Under the pieces are notes generated by a model, which saw only the letters and a program-made list of their open reading frames with translations, ran no database searches and had not been told where the DNA came from. 64,000 nucleotides of DNA from an uncultured Christensenella sp. (GTDB lineage: Bacteria; Bacillota; Clostridia; Christensenellales; Borkfalkiaceae): the NCBI GenBank assembly GCA_910585685.1, contig CAJUEO010000003.1:45004-109003 (forward strand). Reading direction: 5' to 3'. Of the stretch, positions 38,737 to 46,794 are shown piece by piece. The translations under genes were made by a program, and so were the position numbers. Within the stretch, counting starts at the first letter, position 1, and every line of letters starts with the position of its first letter.

Positions 38737-40449
38737 ATGTTAGAAAAATATATAAAAGCTGCCCGTTGCGAAGTTGACAGCGATTTAGTATTAAAAAATG
38801 CGTCGTATGTAGACGTGTTCACTTCTCAGATAAGAAGGGGAGATATAGCGATAGTCGACGGAAAGATAGTCGGCATAGGCAGCTATAAAGGCATTAAAGA
38901 GATAGACTGCACCGACCTAACCGTTTTGCCTGGGTATATAGACGGACACGTTCATATCGAAAGTTCGCAGCTTTCCCCCGAGGAGTTTGCCTCGCTTATA
39001 GTTCCGCGCGGCACCACCACGATAATTGCCGACCCCCACGAAATAACCAACGTCTGCGGAATGGCAGGCTGCGAGTACATAGCCAACGCCTCGAAAAGCG
39101 TTCCGCTGGACGTAAAAATTCAGCTTCCCTCGTGCGTGCCTGCAACCCCGTTTGAAACGAGCGGCGCAATTTTAAACGGCAAGGACATAGAGCAAAACAT
39201 AGGCAACGACTACATATTCGGCTTGGGAGAATTTATGAACTACCCCGGCGTTATCTACTGCGACGCCGATGTCATTCAGAAGCTTGAAGCCGCGCACAGC
39301 CACGGCAAGGTAATCGACGGACACGCGCCTGCCGTCTACGGCAACGACTTGAACGCGTACCTCTGCGGCGGCATAACCACCGACCACGAGTGCGTAACCA
39401 AAGAAGAGATTGAAGAAAAAATTTCAAAAGGTATGTACGTCCATATCCGCCACGGCTCGTCCACGCAAAACCTCGGCAACGCAAAGTACATTACGGACGG
39501 CAATATGCGCCGTTTTCTGCTTTGCACCGACGACAGACACGCGGCTGATTTGAAGGAAAAGGGACACCTCGACGACGCGCTCAGGCGGCTTGTAGCCGAG
39601 GGCTTAAACCCCGTTACCGCCGTAATATGCGCCACTTTAAACGCTGCCGAGTGCTATAATTTAAAGTGGAAGGGCGCGATAGCTCCGTTCTATACCGCCG
39701 ACCTCGTTATAGTCGGGGATATGTCGCAGTTTAACGCCAAATACGTCATAAAAGACGGCAAAATAGTTGCCAAAGACGGCGCGCCGCTATTCGACACTTC
39801 AAAGCGTTATCTGCCCGAAAACGTGCTTAACACCGTGCATTTGGGTGAGCTTAGCGAAAACTGCTTCAAGCTTACTTTAAAGGGCAAAAAAGCCAAGGCA
39901 ATGACGATAGAGCCTGGCGGCGTTGTCACGGGCTGCGAAATTGTAGAGGTGGAAAGCCGCGACGGAGACGTGGTGCTCGAAGGCACGGATTTGTTGAAGC
40001 TTACCGTTGTAGAACGCCATAAAATGACGGGTAACATAGGCAAGGCGCTTTTCAAGGGTTACGGCTTTAAGGGCGGAGCTATGGGCATAACGATAGCGCA
40101 CGACTCGCACAATATAATTTTGCTGGGTGACGACAATAAAAGTATGGTAAAGGCTTGCGCAAAGCTCAAAGAAATAGGCGGCGGCATGGTAATAGTCGAC
40201 AAAAATTCGGGAGAGGTGCACTCGCTCACGCTGGATATTGCAGGGCTTATGTCCTCGCGCGACGCCGACGGCTTGCAGCGCGACAGCCGCGCGCTTATCG
40301 AACGCGCCCACTCGATGGGAGTAAAGCGCGACTACGAGGCGTTTATGTCCCTTGCGTTTTTGTCGCTTGCGGTAATACCCAAGCTTAAAATAACCGACGC
40401 AGGACTTTTCGACGTCGAAAAATTTTCGTTTACCGATATCAACGCATAA
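38737..40449 (+). CDS. ade: adenine deaminase
   Basis: LPGYIDGHVHIESS metal-binding motif. 570 aa amidohydrolase with the DGH and TDD blocks typical of Ade. Confidence 0.9.
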   Translation: MLEKYIKAARCEVDSDLVLKNASYVDVFTSQIRRGDIAIVDGKIVGIGSYKGIKEIDCTDLTVLPGYIDGHVHIESSQLSPEEFASLIVPRGTTTIIADPHEITNVCGMAGCEYIANASKSVPLDVKIQLPSCVPATPFETSGAILNGKDIEQNIGNDYIFGLGEFMNYPGVIYCDADVIQKLEAAHSHGKVIDGHAPAVYGNDLNAYLCGGITTDHECVTKEEIEEKISKGMYVHIRHGSSTQNLGNAKYITDGNMRRFLLCTDDRHAADLKEKGHLDDALRRLVAEGLNPVTAVICATLNAAECYNLKWKGAIAPFYTADLVIVGDMSQFNAKYVIKDGKIVAKDGAPLFDTSKRYLPENVLNTVHLGELSENCFKLTLKGKKAKAMTIEPGGVVTGCEIVEVESRDGDVVLEGTDLLKLTVVERHKMTGNIGKALFKGYGFKGGAMGITIAHDSHNIILLGDDNKSMVKACAKLKEIGGGMVIVDKNSGEVHSLTLDIAGLMSSRDADGLQRDSRALIERAHSMGVKRDYEAFMSLAFLSLAVIPKLKITDAGLFDVEKFSFTDINA

Positions 40450-40461
40450 ACATATAACATT

Positions 40462-40487
40462 AAACGTGCAGGCGCCTGCACGTTTTT
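40462..40487. terminator. bidirectional intrinsic terminator
   Basis: AAACGTGCAGGCGCCTGCACGTTT followed by a T-run. Confidence 0.8.
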
Positions 40488-40770
40488 AATTTTTTAAAAA
40501 GTTTAACAGTTGCTCTATCTGGTTAAGCCTGTCGTGCATTTGCCTTATCACATTTTCTATTGACTCAACTTCCCTGTTGATTCTGTCTGCGTATTCTTCG
40601 AAATGCTCGCAGTTTTTTTGCAGCGCGCATTTATTTTTCTTTCTGCTTTCGTACAGCACGGCGTTAGAGCAGTGTCCGCTGTTCAAATTTATAAATCTTG
40701 TGCCGTCTTTTGAGTAGTAGTGCCGCAAATAATACCTGCATTTTTCGCATTTAAAATCTTTGTCGTACAT
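40486..40770 (-). CDS. hypothetical Cys/His-rich small protein with a C-terminal coiled-coil-like tail
   Basis: CEKC...HC...C...CEH pattern, then EVESIENVIRQMHDRLNQIEQLLNFL. Divergent from the XRE gene. GGAGG RBS. Confidence 0.55.
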   Translation of the reverse strand: MYDKDFKCEKCRYYLRHYYSKDGTRFINLNSGHCSNAVLYESRKKNKCALQKNCEHFEEYADRINREVESIENVIRQMHDRLNQIEQLLNFLKN

Positions 40771-40782
40771 AAAACCTCCAAA

Positions 40783-40861
40783 TATACAGAAAATTCTGTA
40801 TATTTATTTTACAACAGAATTTTCTGTATGTCAAGACTTTTTACAGAAAATTTTGTATAAT
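40783..40861. promoter_or_regulatory. three operator-like inverted repeats (ACAGAA-N2-TTCTGT type) in a divergent promoter region; TATAAT at 40856-40861
   Basis: TATACAGAAAATTCTGTATA (40783-40802), ACAGAATTTTCTGTA (40814-40828), TACAGAAAATTTTGTATA (40842-40859). Confidence 0.7.
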
Positions 40862-40877
40862 GGATTTGAGGTGTAAA

Positions 40878-41105
40878 ATGGGTTACGGAGAAGCATTAAA
40901 ACGTCAACGCGAATTAAATGGTATATCTCAAAACAAACTTGCTAAATTGACAGGCATATCGCAACAAATGATAAGTCATTGGGAAGCAAATAAAGGTGTA
41001 CCGGGTGTCGATTTTTGCGAAATTTTGGCGGATTTTTACGAAATAAGCATTGACGAGTTAATCGGCAGAAAAGTTATTAAAAAAATAACAGAAAATAAAG
41101 ATTAA
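40878..41105 (+). CDS. XRE-family helix-turn-helix transcriptional regulator (Cro/CI-like)
   Basis: ALKRQRELNGISQNKLAKLTGISQQMISHWEANK HTH_3 pattern. The ATG at 40878 is preferred because of a GAGGTG RBS. Confidence 0.85.
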   Translation: MGYGEALKRQRELNGISQNKLAKLTGISQQMISHWEANKGVPGVDFCEILADFYEISIDELIGRKVIKKITENKD

Positions 41106-41304
41106 AGTTAAAAAGTAAACCTTAAAACCAATTGATTTTTTTAACGATGATTATATCATATTCTTATTGTTTATATATAATTGTAGGTTTTTTTATAAAA
41201 ATCGAGGGGAAACGGGTTTACTTATTTCTTATTTTATAGTACAATAATATTTGGCGGAAAATAAAAAACCGATTGACCGCAATAATTTTAAAAGGGTTTT
41301 AATT

Positions 41305-44300
41305 ATGGGACTTATCAAATTCATTTTCGGCGCAGATTCGAGAAGCGCGTTGAGAAAACTTAATAGACTTGCCGACAAGGTCGAAGAACTCGACCCCAAG
41401 TACTCGGCTATGGACGACGCCGAGCTTAAAAGCCAAACTCAAAAGTTGAAGGACAGGCTTGCGGCTGGGGAAACGCTGGACGACATTATGTTCGACGCGT
41501 TTGCCGCGTTCAGAGAGGCAAGTTGGAGAGTTCTCGGAATGAAGCACTTCCACGTTCAGATTGTGGGCGGTATCTGCCTGCATCAGGGACGTATTGCCGA
41601 AATGAAGACAGGTGAAGGTAAAACGCTTGTTTCTACCCTGCCTGCATATCTGAACGCACTCACGGGCAAGGGCGTGCACATTGTAACAGTCAACGACTAC
41701 CTCGCTAAGCGTGACGCCGAGTGGATGGGTAAAGTTCACAAATTTATGGGGCTTACCGTGGGCGTAGTTGTGCCCGGTATGGACGACGCCGAAAAGCAGA
41801 GGGCGTACAAGTGCGACATTATTTACGCAACCAACAACGAGCTGGGCTTCGACTACCTTCGCGACAACCTCAAAACTTCGATATCCTCGATGGTTCAGCG
41901 CGAGCTTAACTACTGCATTATCGACGAGGTTGACTCTATTTTAATAGACGAAGCAAGAACGCCGCTTATTATTTCGGGCAAGGGCGGAGAAAGCTCGAAG
42001 CTTTACGAGGACGTGGACAAGTTTGTAAGAACGTTGAAGGGCGGCTTTGACGACGACAAAAAGGACGCCGAAAAGCACACTCCGTCAAAGAAGAAAAAAG
42101 AGCTTTCCGACGAGGACAGGGCGGCTGAGGAAAAGCTGGCGGCAATTCTCGAAGAAATGGAGAATTGGGACTATATAATCGACAGAAAGGACAAGTCGGT
42201 AACTATTACCGAAAAGGGCGCGGAGAAAGCCGAAAGGTTCTTCAACATTAAAAACCTCGGTGATATCGAAAACGCAGATTTGAACCACCACATTCAGCAG
42301 GCGTTGAAGGCGCACGAGCTGTTCCACAACGGTGAGGAATATATCGTTTCGGGTGACGGTGAAATTTTAATAGTAGACGAGTTTACGGGCCGTGTTCTAA
42401 ACGGCAGGCGCTATTCGGACGGACTGCATCAGGCAATCGAAGCCAAGGAAAAGGTCAAGGTCAAGGAAGAGAACAAAACTCACGCTACCGTTACTTTCCA
42501 GAACTATTTCAGGCTGTACAAAAAGCTTGCAGGTATGACGGGTACGGCTATGACCGAGGAGGACGAGTTCAGAACTATCTATGCGCTCGACGTCGTCCCC
42601 ATTCCCACTAACAGACCCGTGCAACGCGTCGACTACGCGGATATGATTTATTCTACGGTAGAGGGCAAAAAGCGCGCTATCGTAAACGAGGTTGTCGAGC
42701 GTCACGCAAAGGGACAGCCCATTCTTATCGGTACTATCACGGTCGAAAAGTCGGAAGAGATTTCAAGACTGTTGAGAAGAAACGGCGTAAAGCACAACAT
42801 TCTGAACGCAAAAAATCACGAGCGCGAGGCTGAAATAGTCGCGCAGGCAGGCAGGCTCAACGCAGTTACCATTGCCACCAACATGGCAGGCCGTGGTACC
42901 GATATTCTGCTTGGCGGCAACCCCGAGTATCTCGCTAAAAAGCGTATGAGGGAAGAGGGCTACGACCACGAAATGGTGGAAGTTGCTATCTCCTACGCCG
43001 ACAGGGAATTTACCGAGGAAGAGAAAACCGCCCGTGCGAGATATGCCGAGCTGTACGCCACATATAAAAAGGAAACGGAAGCCGAAAAGCAGGAAGTTAT
43101 CGCGGCAGGCGGACTTTGCATTTTAGGTACCGAGCGGCACGAGTCGCGCCGTATCGACAACCAGCTTCGCGGACGTGCGGGTCGTCAGGGTGACCCCGGC
43201 GCTTCGGTGTTCTTTATCTCGCTCGAGGACGACCTTGCAAAGAGGTTCGGCGGAGAGAGCATGAAGAGGCTGTACACAACCTTCAAAATTGACGAGGACA
43301 CCTGTCTGCAATCGAAGATGCTTACAAGAAGTATCGAGGGTGCGCAAAAGGCAATAGAGGGCAGAAACTTCGGTATCAGAAAGCACACGTTGCAATACGA
43401 CGAGGTTATGAACGAGCAGCGTAAAACTATGTATGCCGAAAGGTTAAACGTTTTAAAGGGCGCCGACGTTCACGGACAGATGCTTAAATATATTCCCGAT
43501 TATATAGCAAAGGTCGTCGGGGAAACGGTAAACACCGACGCGTTACCCGAAAAGTGGGACGAAAACGCGCTTAACGCCGCGCTTCAACAGAGGGTATATC
43601 CCGACGAGTGCAACTTTGTTATCACCCGTGAAATGTTGGAAAAGTGGGACACCGAAACCGCTATGCAGAAAATTACCGAAGCGGTCATAGCCTCCTACGA
43701 GCAGAAAATTTACAATATCGGAGAGATGACCGACGGTCAGGTCGACTATCATCAGGTAGAGAGAAACGAGCTGTTGCGCAGCGTTGACAGAAACTGGATT
43801 GACCATATCGACGCTATGGACCAGCTGAGAAAGGGTATCGGGCTTCGCGGTTACGCCCAGCAGGACCCTGTAATTTCCTACAAGCAGGAAGGTTACGAAA
43901 TGTTCGAAGAGATGATTGACCGCATTCAGACAACTACAATTTCAAGGCTCTTGAAGGGCAGAATAGTGCGTGTTCAGCCGCAGCCCCGTCAAAGGCCCGA
44001 TATAAGGCGCGCGCCGCAGCCTACTCAGGAGCAGAGCGGCGAGCAGTCCGCTCCTTCCCGTCCTATGCCGCCGCAGCTTCCTCCCGAGCTTATCGAAAAG
44101 GCAAGGGAGCTTATGGCAAAGAGGTTGAAGGAACACGAGGAGGCTATGAAGCAGCAACAGGCGCAAAACGCCCAAACCGAAGATAGCGGCAACGCCGGGC
44201 AGCAGAGCAAAGCTTCTAACGGCGGACCCGTCATAGGTGACGCGCCCGAAGCGCCCACCGACCTTATGGCAAATATCGGCGGCAAACAGCTTCCCAAAGT

Positions 44301-44397
44301 TGCGCAAAAGAATACCAAGGTAGGCAGAAACGACCCCTGCCCTTGCGGAAGCGGCAAGAAGTATAAGGATTGCTGTTATTGGAATGACCACAAGTAA
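41305..44397 (+). CDS. secA: preprotein translocase ATPase SecA
   Basis: MKTGEGKT Walker A, DEVDSILIDEARTPLII, TNMAGRGTDI, and the C-terminal zinc motif CPCGSGKKYKDCC. The ATG at 41305 is used. Confidence 0.95.
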   Translation: MGLIKFIFGADSRSALRKLNRLADKVEELDPKYSAMDDAELKSQTQKLKDRLAAGETLDDIMFDAFAAFREASWRVLGMKHFHVQIVGGICLHQGRIAEMKTGEGKTLVSTLPAYLNALTGKGVHIVTVNDYLAKRDAEWMGKVHKFMGLTVGVVVPGMDDAEKQRAYKCDIIYATNNELGFDYLRDNLKTSISSMVQRELNYCIIDEVDSILIDEARTPLIISGKGGESSKLYEDVDKFVRTLKGGFDDDKKDAEKHTPSKKKKELSDEDRAAEEKLAAILEEMENWDYIIDRKDKSVTITEKGAEKAERFFNIKNLGDIENADLNHHIQQALKAHELFHNGEEYIVSGDGEILIVDEFTGRVLNGRRYSDGLHQAIEAKEKVKVKEENKTHATVTFQNYFRLYKKLAGMTGTAMTEEDEFRTIYALDVVPIPTNRPVQRVDYADMIYSTVEGKKRAIVNEVVERHAKGQPILIGTITVEKSEEISRLLRRNGVKHNILNAKNHEREAEIVAQAGRLNAVTIATNMAGRGTDILLGGNPEYLAKKRMREEGYDHEMVEVAISYADREFTEEEKTARARYAELYATYKKETEAEKQEVIAAGGLCILGTERHESRRIDNQLRGRAGRQGDPGASVFFISLEDDLAKRFGGESMKRLYTTFKIDEDTCLQSKMLTRSIEGAQKAIEGRNFGIRKHTLQYDEVMNEQRKTMYAERLNVLKGADVHGQMLKYIPDYIAKVVGETVNTDALPEKWDENALNAALQQRVYPDECNFVITREMLEKWDTETAMQKITEAVIASYEQKIYNIGEMTDGQVDYHQVERNELLRSVDRNWIDHIDAMDQLRKGIGLRGYAQQDPVISYKQEGYEMFEEMIDRIQTTTISRLLKGRIVRVQPQPRQRPDIRRAPQPTQEQSGEQSAPSRPMPPQLPPELIEKARELMAKRLKEHEEAMKQQQAQNAQTEDSGNAGQQSKASNGGPVIGDAPEAPTDLMANIGGKQLPKVAQKNTKVGRNDPCPCGSGKKYKDCCYWNDHK

Positions 44398-44399
44398 AA

Positions 44400-44412
44400 A
44401 GTTCACGAAAAT
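44400..44412 (+). repeat. 13-nt direct repeat AGTTCACGAAAAT, copy 1
   Basis: Identical to 44453-44465. Confidence 0.9.
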
Positions 44413-44452
44413 CTCGGCTACTTATGCGCCTTGGCAGTAAGTTAGTAAATTG

Positions 44453-44465
44453 AGTTCACGAAAAT
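44453..44465 (+). repeat. 13-nt direct repeat AGTTCACGAAAAT, copy 2
   Basis: Identical to 44400-44412. Confidence 0.9.
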
Positions 44466-44510
44466 TGCGACGTTTAAGTATGTCGCGATTTTCAATTAAT
44501 TAGGTAGAAT

Positions 44511-45611
44511 ATGTTTAAAGCGGATGATTACAGATTAAAACTTAAAGCGCTTGCCGACACGCTTTCCGAAGCGAAGTATGCGCTGGATATCGACAACCTC
44601 GGGGAAAAACTTGAAAAATTGAAAGCCGAGCAGGAGCTGCCCGAAGTCTGGCAGGACTTGGAAAAGTCAAAGAAAATCGGCAGGGAAATTTCCTCGGTCG
44701 AGGGCAAGATAGCGTCGTACAGGGGCGGAGAAAGCGCGCTTCAAGACGCGTACGCCTTTATCGACTTAATCGAAGAGGCTGACGACGAAAGCCTTATTCC
44801 CGAGCTTGAAAGTATGATTTCTACGGCGGAAGAGGACATTGAAAATATGCGCATACGCGCACTTCTTCGCGGCAAGTACGACGCAAACAACGCAATTTTG
44901 AACCTGCACTCGGGCGCAGGCGGCACCGAGGCTTGCGACTGGACTTCTATGCTGTACAGAATGTATATCCGCTATTGCGAGCAACAGGGCTTTAAAGTTA
45001 CCCAACTCGACTTCGAGGACGGTGACGAAGCCGGCTTGAAGAGCGTATCTTTCAAGGTTGACGGTGAAAATGCTTACGGCTTTTTAAAGGCTGAAAAGGG
45101 CGTGCACAGGCTTGTAAGAATTTCCCCGTTCGACTCAAACAAGCGCAGGCATACTTCATTTGCCTCGCTCGAAGTTATGCCCGAAGTCGACGACGACGCC
45201 GCTGTGGAAATACGCGACGAGGACATCAGAATCGACGTTTTCCGCGCTTCAGGCGCAGGCGGTCAAAAGGTAAACAAAACCGAAACCGCGATAAGAATAA
45301 CCCACTTCCCCACGGGCATTGTAGTTACCTGTCAGAACGAGCGCAGTCAGTTGCAGAACAAGGCTATGGCGTTCGAGTACCTTCGGGCAAAACTTGTAGA
45401 AAAACAGATTGCCGAGCGCGAAGCCGCAGACGCCGAAATTAAGGGTGAAATCAAAAAAATAGAATGGGGCAGTCAGATACGGTCATACGTTTTCTGCCCG
45501 TACACGCTCGTCAAAGACCACAGAACGGGGTTTGAAAACACCAACGTTCAGGCGGTTATGGACGGGGACATTCAGGGCTTTATTATCGACTACCTTAAAA
45601 AGACGGTATAA
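44511..45611 (+). CDS. prfB: peptide chain release factor 2, encoded as one uninterrupted frame
   Basis: SPF tripeptide (RISPFDS) and GGQ (SGAGGQKVNK). No in-frame TGA at the position where the +1 frameshift site is normally found. Confidence 0.9.
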   Translation: MFKADDYRLKLKALADTLSEAKYALDIDNLGEKLEKLKAEQELPEVWQDLEKSKKIGREISSVEGKIASYRGGESALQDAYAFIDLIEEADDESLIPELESMISTAEEDIENMRIRALLRGKYDANNAILNLHSGAGGTEACDWTSMLYRMYIRYCEQQGFKVTQLDFEDGDEAGLKSVSFKVDGENAYGFLKAEKGVHRLVRISPFDSNKRRHTSFASLEVMPEVDDDAAVEIRDEDIRIDVFRASGAGGQKVNKTETAIRITHFPTGIVVTCQNERSQLQNKAMAFEYLRAKLVEKQIAEREAADAEIKGEIKKIEWGSQIRSYVFCPYTLVKDHRTGFENTNVQAVMDGDIQGFIIDYLKKTV

Positions 45612-45616
45612 AAGCT

Positions 45617-46654
45617 ATGTACGATATTTCCAAATTTCAAATTAAAGAAAACCCCGTTATCTTGGGGCTCGAGTCGAGCTGCGACGAAACCGCGGCGGCA
45701 GTAATACGCGGCAGAGAGCTGTTGTCAAGCAAAATAATTTCCTCCGCAACCGAACAGGCTAAGTTCGGCGGAGTCGTTCCCGAAATAGCTTCTCGCGCGC
45801 ATACAGAGGCGGTCGACGAGGTTGTGGCTCAGGCGCTTGCCGAAGCGCACGTTTCGGTAAACGAGCTTGACGCCGTGGCTGTGACGTACGGCGCAGGGCT
45901 TCTCGGCGCTCTGCTTGTCGGGCTGTCGTTTGCCAAATCGCTTGCGTACTCGCTGAATATTCCGCTTATTGCGGTAAATCATATACGCGGTCATATGGCG
46001 GCGGCGTATCTCATCGATAAACAGTTGAAGCCGCCCTTTGTCACTTTGCTTGCAAGCGGCGGACACACGGCTATTTTACACACCAAGTCTTTTACCGAGT
46101 TCGAGATACTCGGCGGCACTTGCGACGACGCCGCCGGTGAAGCGTTCGACAAGGTTGCGAGGGTGCTTTCTCTGCCCTATCCCGGCGGAGTCAACGTGGA
46201 AAGGCTTGCAAAAAGCGGCAAAAACAATATTGCCTTTCCCAAATGCCTTGTCAAAAATTCAAAGTCGCTGCAATTTTCGTACAGCGGCTTAAAGACTGCG
46301 GTAATAAACTATTGTCACAACCTCGAACAGAAGGGGGAAAGCGTAGTGCGCGAGGACGTTGCGGCTTCATTTCAGTTTGCGGCGGTGCAACCGCTGGTTC
46401 AAAAGACGGTCGAGTGCGCAAAACAGCTTGGAGTCGGCACGGTTACGGCAGGCGGCGGAGTTATAGCCAACGGCTATCTCAGGGAAATGCTTAAAGGGGA
46501 GTGCGACCGCGAAAATTTAAGGCTTGTGCTGCCCGAAAAGGCATACTGTACCGACAACGCGGCTATGATTGCCGCAGAGGGACTGATAGGGTATATGAAC
46601 GGTAATTTTGCTTCGCTCGATATCAATGCGAGGGCGCAGATACCTTTAAAATAA
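45617..46654 (+). CDS. tsaD: tRNA N6-adenosine threonylcarbamoyltransferase
   Basis: ILGLESSCDETAAAV, HIRGHM and GGVIAN motifs. Confidence 0.92.
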   Translation: MYDISKFQIKENPVILGLESSCDETAAAVIRGRELLSSKIISSATEQAKFGGVVPEIASRAHTEAVDEVVAQALAEAHVSVNELDAVAVTYGAGLLGALLVGLSFAKSLAYSLNIPLIAVNHIRGHMAAAYLIDKQLKPPFVTLLASGGHTAILHTKSFTEFEILGGTCDDAAGEAFDKVARVLSLPYPGGVNVERLAKSGKNNIAFPKCLVKNSKSLQFSYSGLKTAVINYCHNLEQKGESVVREDVAASFQFAAVQPLVQKTVECAKQLGVGTVTAGGGVIANGYLREMLKGECDRENLRLVLPEKAYCTDNAAMIAAEGLIGYMNGNFASLDINARAQIPLK

Positions 46655-46663
46655 AAAAGTAGC

Positions 46664-46696
46664 AATTGCGGCGTAGGCAAACGCCGCAATTTTTTT
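46664..46696 (+). terminator. intrinsic terminator after tsaD
   Basis: AATTGCGGCGT-N6-ACGCCGCAATT followed by T7. Confidence 0.85.
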
Positions 46697-46757
46697 GTCG
46701 GGGCAAAATTTTCCAAACGATTGCCGCTCGGCTTGCCGCAACAATACGGTTAAATAC

Positions 46758-46786
46758 TTGCTAATTTCAATAAAATATGCTATAAT
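46758..46786 (+). promoter_or_regulatory. near-consensus promoter TTGCTA-17-TGcTATAAT
   Basis: -35 at 46758-46763 and -10 at 46781-46786 with an extended TG. The ATG at 46795 lies only 9 nt after the -10. Confidence 0.6.
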
Positions 46787-46794
46787 TTTTGACA

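Noticed and set aside
41251-41304. Upstream TTG or GTG extensions of ORF-track starts: secA 41251, folE 4044, feoB 53796, rluA-like 55451, cadA 34189, XRE 40860, and lipoproteins 13469, 28595, 46789 and 52318
   Set aside because: In each case an internal ATG matches the conserved family N-terminus or a signal peptide. It is also better placed relative to an RBS or to the upstream gene's stop codon.
43960-44330. Low-complexity Gln/Pro/Ala-rich linker of about 120 aa before the SecA zinc-finger tail, considered as a possible fusion or frameshift
   Set aside because: The frame is continuous, and the canonical CPCGSGKKYKDCC terminus follows in frame. SecA C-terminal linkers vary in length, so this is not noteworthy on its own.
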